From Eledone cirrhosa (taxonomy: Eukaryota): a stretch of 64,000 bases of DNA. The stretch lies in the NCBI GenBank assembly GCA_964016885.1, contig OZ024743.1, positions 36,394,001 through 36,458,000 on the forward strand. Direction: 5' to 3'. Shown here one piece after another: positions 56,421 to 64,000 of this stretch; within the stretch, counting starts at the first letter, position 1; every line of letters begins with the position of its first letter. The notes under the pieces are model-generated. The model did no database searches. It saw only the letters and a program-made list of their open reading frames with translations, and was not told the origin of the DNA. Made by a program: the position numbers and the translations under genes.

Positions 56421-57285
56421 TCTACAGTCTTTGTTAATGTTCCTCTACAGTCTTTGTTAATGTTCCTCTACAGTCTTTGTTAATGTTCCTCTACAGTTCT
56501 TGTTAATGTTCCTCTACAGTGTTTGTTATTGTTCCTCTACTGTCCTTGTTAATGTTCCTCTACAGTCCTTGTTAATGTTCCTCTACAGTCTTTGTTAATA
56601 TTCCTCTACAGTCCTTGATTATGTTCCTCTACAGTCTTTGTTAATGTTCCTCTACAGTCTTTGTTAATGTTCCTCTACAGTCTTTGTTAATGTTCCTCTA
56701 CAGTCCTTGTTAATGTTCCTGTACAGTCTTTGTTAATGTTCCTCTACAGTCCTTGTTAATGTTCCTCTACAGTCTTTGTTAATGTTCCTCTACAGTCCTT
56801 GTTAATGTTCCTCTACAGTATTTGTTAATATTCCTCTACAGTCCTTGATAATGTTCCTCTACAGTCCTTGATAATGTTCCTCTACAGTCCTTGTTAATGT
56901 TCCTCTACAGTCTTTGTTAATGTTCGCCTACAGTCCTTGTTAATGTTCCTCTACAGTCTTTGTTAATGTTCCTCTACAGTCTTTGTTAATGTTCCTCTAC
57001 AGTCTTTGTTAATGTTCCTCTACAGTCCTTGTTAATGTTCCTCTACAGTCCTTGTTAATGTTCCCCTACAGCCCTTGTTAATGTTCCCTACAGTCTTTGT
57101 TAATGTTCCTCTACAGTCCTTGTTAATGTTCCTCTATAGTCCTTGTTATTTTTCCTCTACAGTCCTTGTTAATGTTCCTCTACAGTCCTTGTTAATGTTC
57201 CTCTACAGTCTTTGTTAATGTTCCTCTACAGTCTTTTAATAATTCATTGTAATATTTCTTTTTCTCAAAGAAGTATATTTCAAAG

Positions 57286-58069
57286 CATCGTATCCTCCAT
57301 GTGTTTATATTACATCGTATCCTCCATGTCTTTATACTACATCTATCCTCCATGTTTTTATACTACATCTTATCCTTCATGTCTTTATACTACATCTATC
57401 CTCCATGTTTTTATACTACATCTTATCCTCCATGTGTTTATACTACATATTATCCTCCATGTTTTTATACTACATCTTATCCTCCATGTCTTTATACTAC
57501 ATTTAATCCTCCATGTTTTTATACTACATCTTATCCTCCATGTTTTTATACTATATCTTATCCTCCATATTTTTATACTACATCTTATGCTCAATGTTTT
57601 TATACTACGTCTTATCCTTCATGTTTTTATACTACATCTCATCCTTCATGTCTTTATACTACATCTTATCCTCCATGTCTTTATACTACATCTTATCCTC
57701 CATGTCTTTATACTACATCTTATCCTCCATGTTTTTTTATACTACATCTTATCCTCCATGTGTTTATACTACATCTTATCCTCCATGTTTTTATACTACA
57801 TCTTATCCTGCATGTCTTTATACTACATTTAATCCTCCATGTTTTTATACCACATTTTATCCTCCTTGTTTTTATACTACATTTTATCCTACATATTTTT
57901 ATCCTACATCTTATCCTCCATGTTTTTATACTACATCTTATCCTCCATGTTTTTATACTACATCTTATCCTCCATGTTTTTATACTATATCTCTTCCTCC
58001 ATGTCTTTATACTACATCTTATCCTCCATGTCTTTATATTACATCTTATCCCCCATTTTTTTATACTAT
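57286..58069 (+). repeat. 27-bp minisatellite, consensus ATCCTCCATGTTTTTATACTACATCTT, ~29 copies
   Basis: Direct tandem periodicity; 9-residue repeats in all three forward ORF translations (LILHVFILH / YYILSSMFL / YTTSYPPCF). Confidence 0.96.
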
Positions 58070-58334
58070 GTTTTGTTTGAAATTTTCATTACATTTCTGT
58101 TATTTTTAAAAATTCATATTTCATTTTTTGTTGTTATTTTCGTTCCTTTTCGTGTATTATGTTTTCTTTCTATATTTTGATGTTGAGCTTGGCTGAGGAT
58201 CTGTCTCTGTTAAAGTCATGTTCGATATCCTTCGATATTATCGCTGTTCCGCATATAACAGATCATTCTGTCTTTCGATATTTAGACAGTTTATTATATT
58301 AGACTCTATTATATAGACTCTGTTATATTTGGAT

Positions 58335-58514
58335 GGATTGGCAGTATCGGTAGAGTGTCGGACGACATGCTTTGGAGCAAAGAGTTACGGCCCTTTATGG
58401 TCTGAGTTCAAATCGCGCCGAGGTTAATTTTGCCTTTCATTCTTATGGGGTCGATAAAATAAAGTACCAGTAATACTGGGATAATTGCTGGCCTTGTGCC
58501 TATAGTAGAAATCA
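58335..58514 (+). mobile_element. tRNA-derived SINE (Octopus-type) with 12-bp target-site duplication
   Basis: A-box-like TGGCAGTATCGG, B-box GAGTTCAAATC, conserved body TTTGCCTTTCAT...GGGGTCGATAAAATAAAGTACCAG, tail GGCCTTGTGCCTATAGTAGAAA. TTATATTTGGAT flanks both sides (58323-58334 and 58515-58526). Confidence 0.88.
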
Positions 58515-58570
58515 TTATATTTGGATATTCTTTTCGTAGAGTGGTTTATCCGTTTGTAAATTAGGAAAGT

Positions 58571-58870
58571 AAGATGAAGAATTGGCAGGGCCATTAATTC
58601 ATCCGATTAAATATGCCTCGGTATTTCGTCCGGTTCACTGAGTTCTGAGTTCAAATCCCGCCGAGTTCAACTTTATCTTTCATATTATCAAGGTCGATAC
58701 ATGAAGTGCCAGCCTAGTATTGAAGGTGATTCTTTTTCATTCTCTCTCTCTGGAAGAAATCATCTGCATTGCGACATGGAGAAGAGTGGGCTCCACCAAT
58801 TTTAAAATGCTTAAGTTAAGTTTTGTGTCATGACGGCACCACTACGGTTCTATCAGATGATAAGAGCTTT
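58571..58870 (+). mobile_element. tRNA-derived SINE, long-tailed subfamily, diverged
   Basis: AATTGGCAG head, B-box TCTGAGTTCAAATCCCGCCGAG, AGGTCGATA core, then a (CT)n-TGGAAGAAAT...TTAAAATGCTTAAG...ACGGCACCACTACG...CTATCAG tail shared with the minus-strand copy at 60937-61265. Confidence 0.8.
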
Positions 58871-59856
58871 CTCTCTTCCTTCTAGATTGGGAAGCTTCAT
58901 TGATATTGTATTTTCTATTTTGCTTATTGTTTCTGTTAAATACGCTTCAGTGCGGATTTGTGGTGAGATGCGTTTTTATTGTGTGTGGTTAGGTATGGGG
59001 TCGAGGCTTTTCTTTTGTTCTGATTTTGTATTTGGTTGTGTAATTCTATGTAATCTTCTATGGGCTTCATCACATCATCTATTGGCTTTAGTTCCTCTTT
59101 ATAGTTATGTTTTTGATAACATAATATGAGGTCAGCCAATTCTGTCCTCCACGTGTATTTGAATTTCGAACCTGACTAACATTAATGATAATTTACGTAT
59201 GTTTCCTATATCTATTTATGCCAAATTCTTACCGTTGCCTCTAAACAAATTTCACTTCACTTCTTCGCTTTTCACATCCCTGTCTATGTATTTTATCTAA
59301 ACACCAACAAATATTCTTCTAACTATCATAGGCATTAATAAAAACATTATTTATAATGATGAAGTAATGCTCTTTACCTCAACTTACAATCACAATCTTT
59401 CACAACTTTGTACGTTAAAACTATTTCATGTACAGTTTTTGTTAAAGGGTTGCTTTTCATCCAATATTAGATATGGGATCTATTCTTATTATTTGAATAT
59501 GGTAAACTTTATTCCTTCTTATATTTCCCGAAGATATGCAATCATTGTATGTAATATGTTTTGAGTAAATAATTACTAATTAACTGTTTCCGATTAACTT
59601 ATTGTTTGATTATGCATATAACATTGTAACCTATATAGAAACATGCGTAGAATTTAAAGAATGGATTTAAGTTGTTGACCTTGATTTTCTTCATTTTAAA
59701 TATTAACGCTCTGCTACCCAACCGTCCTCAACAACAAGAATTTATACTTTCGAAGAATATTTTGTCCGTTTTGAATTATTTATGAGCTGAGGACTTTTAG
59801 TGTACATTGGGCTTCTCTAACCTTACCAAAAGTAATAGTGGAATATTCCATTATAA

Positions 59857-59857
<1 letters not shown>

Positions 59858-59931
<74 letters not shown>
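59858..59931. repeat. Compound microsatellite (CA)n(TA)n
   Basis: Seen directly. Confidence 0.97.
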
Positions 59932-59936
<5 letters not shown>

Positions 59937-60098
59937 ATGTACTCATGCGCAGAGATGCTTTAACATAGCTTATAAAAAGGATGATGACCCTTAAAGACGG
60001 GAAAAGAAGTAGCGTCTCCGCGCATGAACACACCCTTCTTTACATTATCTTTATCCTGTCATCGCTCCTTAAAATACGAGAAACCGGGTACGTATATG

Positions 60099-60102
<4 letters not shown>

Positions 60103-60141
<39 letters not shown>
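60103..60141. repeat. (TA)n microsatellite
   Basis: Seen directly. Confidence 0.97.
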
Positions 60142-60143
<2 letters not shown>

Positions 60144-60306
60144 AAGGCGGGTAAAATTCCCGAGATCCATGGACGAGTTCTCTCCAGCGGTCTCTGTCCC
60201 TCATTATCGCTGCCATGTCCTGCGTCTCCAACAGACCAGTGTCTGTCCTTGGGGCATCAACATACGTTAACCTTGGTCTTCCTCTTCTATTACTTTTGGG
60301 AGCCCC

Positions 60307-60309
<3 letters not shown>
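60142..60309 (-). mobile_element. 5'-truncated 3' end of an RTE-group (RTE-X-like) LINE embedded in (TA)n
   Basis: Minus-strand translation ...NRRGRPRLTYVDAPRTDTGLLETQDMAAIMRDRDRWRELVHGSR matches the RTE-type ORF C-terminal pattern RRGRPxxTxxD...MxDRxxWR. The stop codon abuts the TA tract. Confidence 0.75.

Positions 60310-60376
<67 letters not shown>
60310..60376. repeat. (TA)n microsatellite
   Basis: Seen directly. Confidence 0.97.
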
Positions 60377-60377
<1 letters not shown>

Positions 60378-60936
60378 GTAATATCAACCATAGTTATGCA
60401 AACGTGACATTGCAAAACCATTAAAGATATTCTTCCAGAACTTCCTTGCAACCAGTAAACGTTCCGGAAAATGAAAGGAAGGAATAATATGCTCTATACA
60501 TAAAGGATGTAGCATTGACTATCTCTCTGACGTCAGATATTAGCAAAAGTATGGACGAACGCCAGAAGGAAACAGATCACGATCCTGGAAGAAACTGATC
60601 TGCTTAAAACCTAGCATGGCTTTTGTCCGTGAAGAAGCTACCTGAAAATGTTTACAGCGTTATGAATAGGCATTGAGACAGCTGCTAAACGTGGATATGA
60701 TATATTTCAATTTTGCCAAGGCTTTCGATATGGAGTATGTCACAAATGACGTGGTCTCGGCATAGTTGGAAAACTAGGAGAGTGGCTTCAAGATATCTTA
60801 AAAGACAGAAACCATTCTTTCACAATGGATCACTCTCTAAGGAAACATTAATACAGAGTGGAGTATCTCTGGAGACTGTTCTAAGGCTACTGATGTTTGT
60901 GATTATTTTATCAAATACTCCCACTGATGTACGTGT

Positions 60937-61265
60937 CCCGTAACTCCTGATAGTGTCGTAGTGGCGCCGTATTGACATACGGCCTTTCTTAGGCATTTTA
61001 AGCCTGGCGGAACTCATCCTTCTCCAGGTCTGAGTACAGCAGATTTCTTCCAGAGAAAGATAGAAAGTGAGAGAGAGAGAGGGAATGAGAAAGAGATATA
61101 GAGGAAAAATCGACCCCAGTACTAGACTGGTACTTTTTATCGACCTCGAAAGAATGAAAAGCAAAGTTGACCTCGGCGGGATTTGAACACAGAAAGCTGA
61201 GAGCCGGAATGAATACGATAAAGCAATCTATCCGATGTTCTAACGACTCTGTCAATTCACTGCCT
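60937..61265 (-). mobile_element. tRNA-derived SINE, long-tailed subfamily, inserted into the LINE RT with a 12-bp TSD
   Basis: Reverse complement reads AGGCAGTGAATTGACAGAGTCGTTAG...GTGTTCAAATCCCGCCGAGGTCAACTTTGCTTTTCATTCTTTCGAGGTCGATAAAAAGTACCAG. Flanked by TGATGTACGTGT (60925-60936) and TGATGTACATGT (61266-61277). Confidence 0.9.
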
Positions 61266-61786
61266 TGATGTACATGTAGCTGCTCCTAATAGACTATGCT
61301 GACCACACGAAAGTAGCACGAGCAATCAAGAATCCGATTGATGCTACTCACTAACACTGAGATTTAGATACCAAACACAAATCGTCTAAGGACAACAATA
61401 TGTAGTTAAATGTCAAAAGGTTTTAAGTTCTCCGCTATCACAAACACCTGTTAACACAAACACAAGAAAGTTACTCTGGATCAGGAAAGATTAAAATCCT
61501 TCAGTCAAAATCAGTGCGTTATCTAGAAATTGATATGTGCAATGATGCATCGTTTCGGGTGCATATTACCAAAATGGTGACGAATAGCCGGAAAGAATCT
61601 GAAGTCAAACAGGACATGTAGCTAAGAGACTTTGTTAGTACTATAGATGACATTTGTCCCCAGTTGTCTGGACTATTGTTATCAGCAATGGTCGCCCCAT
61701 GGTGTCAAATTAACTGCGGAATTTGAAGCAATCGAACGAAGCTATACCAAGAAATTGCCTCAGTGAAAACTCTGGAGAGATACGTA

Positions 61787-61844
<58 letters not shown>

Positions 61845-61956
61845 ATATATAGTTTATTGTTATTCCTCATTGTTAAAGGTGTTATGTAAAACCCCCGCCG
61901 TCACATCTTGTAATGTCCCATTTTTGTACGCCCCTGTGGCAAATAAAGAAAGATAT

Positions 61957-61996
<40 letters not shown>
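61787..61996 (+). repeat. (ATCT)n microsatellite split by a ~105-bp unique insert (61852-61957) that is probably a LINE 3' UTR fragment
   Basis: ATCT tracts at 61787-61843 and 61959-61996. The insert ends CCCCTGTGGCAAATAAAGAAA with AATAAA at 61942-61947. LINE 3' UTR (L1/Tx1-like) origin is an inference. Confidence 0.7.
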
Positions 61997-62374
61997 GATT
62001 CTGGAAAGGATAACTTTTGCATTGAGAGCTGGATTACCCCCGAAAAAGATGCCACTGTGTAGTCCAAAAGGTCCCATCAACTATATCTAGAGTAGTCATA
62101 GTATACTGCAATAGCTTGGTCTTCAAAGGCCCCAGCTGTTTAAATTGCGACCAAAAAATTTGAGAGATCTACATAAAGTGAATGTAGAAGAATTCGTGAA
62201 GCATCTCGACATTTTGCTGTCTAAACTCCCGCTGCAAGAAACACAGAGGATGGTAGAAAACGCCGCTCTAATTATCAGTGTCCAACAGAAAAAGGACGGC
62301 TACAGAAAGTGGAACTCCAATATGGCCTCAGCCTCTCGGCTTGAAAAAGTAAGAGAAAAGATGTATGTATGTAT

Positions 62375-62482
62375 GTTCTGGTTTTATAATTTCACAAATG
62401 TTTGCCAATAGAGAGAGAGTCGGTTTCTAACATAGACACAAGACTCTCTCATTGGATTTTAGACAACATCAACTAGGTAGAT
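62375..62482 (-). mobile_element. ~110-bp repeat, probable SINE 3' fragment with an (ACAT)n tail, copy 1
   Basis: Near-identical to 63895-64000. Reverse complement contains GTCTTGTGTCTATGTTAGAAACC, resembling the tail of the SINE at 58335-58514 (GGCCTTGTGCCTATAGTAGAAATC), and ends in CATACATACAT. Confidence 0.6.
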
Positions 62483-62732
62483 ATGTATGTATGTCTGCAT
62501 GCATGTGTGTGTAGGTATGGATGTTAAATTATATGTGGATGTGTATGTTTTGAGTTGTATCTGTACATGTGTATATGCAGTTTTTAGATGCAACATTTTT
62601 GGAATGTTTTACATATGTATGTGCGTATGTATGTATGTATGTATGTATGTATGTATTTTTATGTATGTATGTATGTATGTATGTATGTATGTATGTATGT
62701 ATGTATGTATGTATGTATGTATGTATGTATGT
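62483..62732. repeat. (ATGT)n microsatellite, degenerate at the left and pure from ~62627
   Basis: Seen directly. Confidence 0.93.
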
Positions 62733-63338
62733 CAGGTCACCAGTTGGTGCTACTGGTAACATGTATCCCAGTACAACCTGTCGCATGGTCGGGTCGTTGG
62801 CGACTAAACTGGCAACCCCACCAAGGTTTATTGGTGAGGAGGGTGACTTTGGACATCCTGCAGGACTAAAAACAAAACCTGTCAAAGGGCAAAGGAGCTC
62901 TTAAGAGTCAATGGCCATCCAAAATCACCGGGACAGATGACCCCTTAGCCTTTGTCAAGGCAGAATTCTAGGAGAAGGAAAACTCTGATATAACACCTGC
63001 AACCCTGATGGTATTCAATGATGTTGACTTGTTCTTCTTTTTGGTAAATATCATCTTGGTTAAGAGAGTGGGACTGGCTTTGTGCAGTGCCTTTGCTCAC
63101 TATAAAAGCTTCACGGCACAGGCATTGCTTTATATCTGGAGATCTCTCTGCACTTGTCGTCACACGGTACCATGGGCCCAGCACTATGTGTCAATAATTG
63201 TCACAAGTGTAGTGTTTGTACCAGAGTTTTCAAGTCGCTAGCTGGACTAAAAAGTCACACTCGTTCAGCGCATCGGTAGGGGTTCTCCTAGATGGATAAA
63301 AAGTAGTGGTCGTACTCGAAAACGAGTTGGCAGCCACC
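62733..63338 (+). mobile_element. Non-autonomous bipartite RTE-derived retroelement (~606 bp), apparently full-length copy
   Basis: The 5' part has RTE 5' UTR-like motifs (GGCAACCCCA; TAGGAGAAGGAAAACTCTGA). The 3' part encodes CSVCTRVFKSLAGLKSHTRSAHR* (63208-63279), the C2H2 finger typical of RTE ORF C-termini, then hairpin CTCG-AAAA-CGAG and an ATGT/AT tail. No EN or RT sequence is recognisable in between. A second copy lies downstream. Confidence 0.8.
62735..62812 (+). ncRNA. Candidate HDV-like (nested double pseudoknot) self-cleaving ribozyme, degenerate in P3
   Basis: Manual threading: P1 GGTCA(C) 62735-40 with (A)TGGTC 62785-90; P2 CCAGT 62768-72 with ACTGG 62808-12; P3 ACA/CGC around loop ACCTGT; P1.1 CC 62777-78 with GG 62791-92; P4 TCG-TTGG-CGA; putative catalytic C62804 in CTAA. 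The predicted cleavage site coincides with the element's 5' end. Confidence 0.55.
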
Positions 63339-63367
63339 ATGTATATATATATATATGTATGTATATG

Positions 63368-63825
63368 GCAAAGGGCAAAGGGGCTCTTAAGAGTCAATGG
63401 CCATCCAAAATCAACGGGAGAGGTGACCCCTTAGCCTTTGTCAAGGCAGAATTCTAGGAGAAGGAAAACTCTGATATAACACCTGCAACCCTGATGGTAT
63501 CCAATGATGTTGACTTGTTCTTCTTTTTTGGTAAATATCATCTTGGTTAAGAGAGTGGGACTGGCTTTGTGCAGTGCCTTTGCTCACTATAAAAGCTTCA
63601 CGGCACAGGCATTGCTTTATGTCTGGAGATCTCTCTGCACTTGTCATCACATGGTACCATTGGCCCAGCACTATGTGTCAATAATTGTCACAGGTGTAGT
63701 GTTTGTACCAGAATGTTCAAGTCGCTGGCTGGACTAAAAAGTCACACTCGTTCAGCGCATCGGTAGGGGTTTTCCTACATGGATATAAAGTAGTGGCCGT
63801 ACTCGAAAACGAGTTGGCAGCCACC
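63368..63825 (+). mobile_element. Second, 5'-truncated copy of the RTE-derived non-autonomous element
   Basis: Aligns to 62882-63338 (offset ~487) with roughly 20 differences counted by eye. Zinc finger CSVCTRMFKSLAGLKSHTRSAHR* at 63695-63766; followed by (ATGT)n. Confidence 0.85.
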
Positions 63826-63892
63826 ATGTATGTATGTATGTATGTATGTATGTATGTATGTATGTATGTATGTATGTATGTGCGTATGTATG
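63826..63892. repeat. (ATGT)n microsatellite / element tail
   Basis: Seen directly. Confidence 0.95.
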
Positions 63893-63894
63893 TT

Positions 63895-64000
63895 CTTCTG
63901 GTTTTATAATTTCACAAAGTTTTACCAATAGAGAGAGAGTCGGTTTCTAACATAGACACAAGACTCTCATTGGAATTTACACAACATCAACTAGGTAGAT
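63895..64000 (-). mobile_element. ~110-bp repeat (probable SINE 3' fragment), copy 2, runs to the window edge
   Basis: TTCTGGTTTTATAATTTCACAAA...CAACATCAACTAGGTAGAT matches 62375-62482. Confidence 0.6.

Larger units (their letters stand above)
17030..57140 (+). repeat. 149-bp 7-monomer higher-order unit (one 12-bp truncated monomer TACAGTCCTCTC, one 22-bp and five 23-bp monomers), in clusters at ~17.0-24.4 kb, 36.8-45.5 kb, 48.8-49.1 kb and 52.4-56 kb
   Basis: Truncated monomer at 17034 recurs at 17183 (149 bp), with a fixed series of variants: CCCCTACTG, TTCACCTACAGCCC, TTCCCTACAG, CTATAGTCCTTGTTATTG. Confidence 0.85.
1..57236 (+). repeat. Satellite DNA array, 23-bp monomer CCTCTACAGTCTTTGTTAATGTT, ~2,490 tandem copies, continues beyond the left edge
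   Basis: Period of 23 read directly (1-23 repeats at 24-46, etc.). Single orientation throughout, with only point variants (e.g. GTCCTTG, CCTCAAC, CCGCTAC, CTGCAG) and small deletions. Ends at GTCTTTTAAT near 57,236. Confidence 0.99.
60390..62360 (+). mobile_element. Decayed 5'-truncated CR1-like non-LTR retrotransposon (reverse transcriptase pseudogene), interrupted by later insertions
   Basis: Frameshifted RT motifs in the expected order: IICSIHKG, ISLTSDISK, HGFCP*RS (QHGFRxGRS), VDMIYFNFAKAFD (~60690-60730), GIVGKLGEWL, SGVSLETVLRLLMF (SGVPQGxVLGPLLF), DYADHTKV (YADD, ~61292-61315), LDYCYQQWSPH, EAIERSYTK, PKNLRDLH...KHLDILLSKLP. Many stops. Confidence 0.88.

Noticed and set aside
1-57236. 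CRISPR-like array of 23-bp repeats
   Set aside because: Monomers are contiguous with no unique spacers, no cas genes are present and the context is eukaryotic.
57212-58180. Long hydrophobic or Tyr/Pro-rich ORFs
   Set aside because: Products of a stop-free 27-bp minisatellite; all frames are open and indels are not frame-preserving.
58335-58430. tRNA gene
   Set aside because: A/B boxes are present but there is no cloverleaf, and the sequence continues into a SINE body with a TSD.
58936-59260. Possible Penelope GIY-YIG remnant on the minus strand (ICLEATV...KYTWRTELADLI)
   Set aside because: The resemblance is weak, with multiple stops and no clear YIG motif. It cannot be supported without a profile search.
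59980-60020. Possible hammerhead ribozyme (ATGATGA-CC...GG-GAAA)
   Set aside because: The core C of CUGAUGA is absent, stem II is only 2-3 bp, and no convincing stem I/III or cleavage triplet is visible. It would need a family consensus.
62487-62904. ORFs with MYVC/HTYI repeats (also the YI and YLSI repeat ORFs at 60024-60424 and 61723-61998)
   Set aside because: Translations of microsatellites.
63172-63279. Small C2H2 zinc-finger gene
   Set aside because: A single finger directly followed by a retroelement 3' hairpin and tail, duplicated with the element; better explained as the RTE ORF C-terminus.

Overview
Eukaryotic, gene-free, repeat-dominated window. The tRNA-type SINEs and microsatellite landscape look like Octopus/coleoid cephalopod DNA (recognised from memory, not searched). 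Bases 1-57,236 are one head-to-tail satellite array of a 23-bp monomer (CCTCTACAGTCTTTGTTAATGTT, about 2,490 copies by length). Rare variant monomers reveal nested higher-order structure: 46-bp dimers, a 149-bp 7-mer, 0.8/1.4/3.7/4.7/5.4-kb tandem duplications and a ~20-25-kb super-repeat present twice. The array ends sharply and is followed by a 27-bp minisatellite and ~6 kb of nested retroelement debris: three SINEs (two with visible TSDs), a decayed CR1-like LINE RT interrupted by a SINE and an (ATCT)n-embedded insert, an RTE-X-like 3' end in a (TA)n tract, and two copies of a ~0.6-kb non-autonomous RTE-derived element in (ATGT)n tracts. The longer copy begins with a sequence that threads onto the HDV-like self-cleaving ribozyme fold and ends with a C2H2 zinc-finger-coding RTE tail; this is the most interesting finding. 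No intact protein-coding gene is supported.
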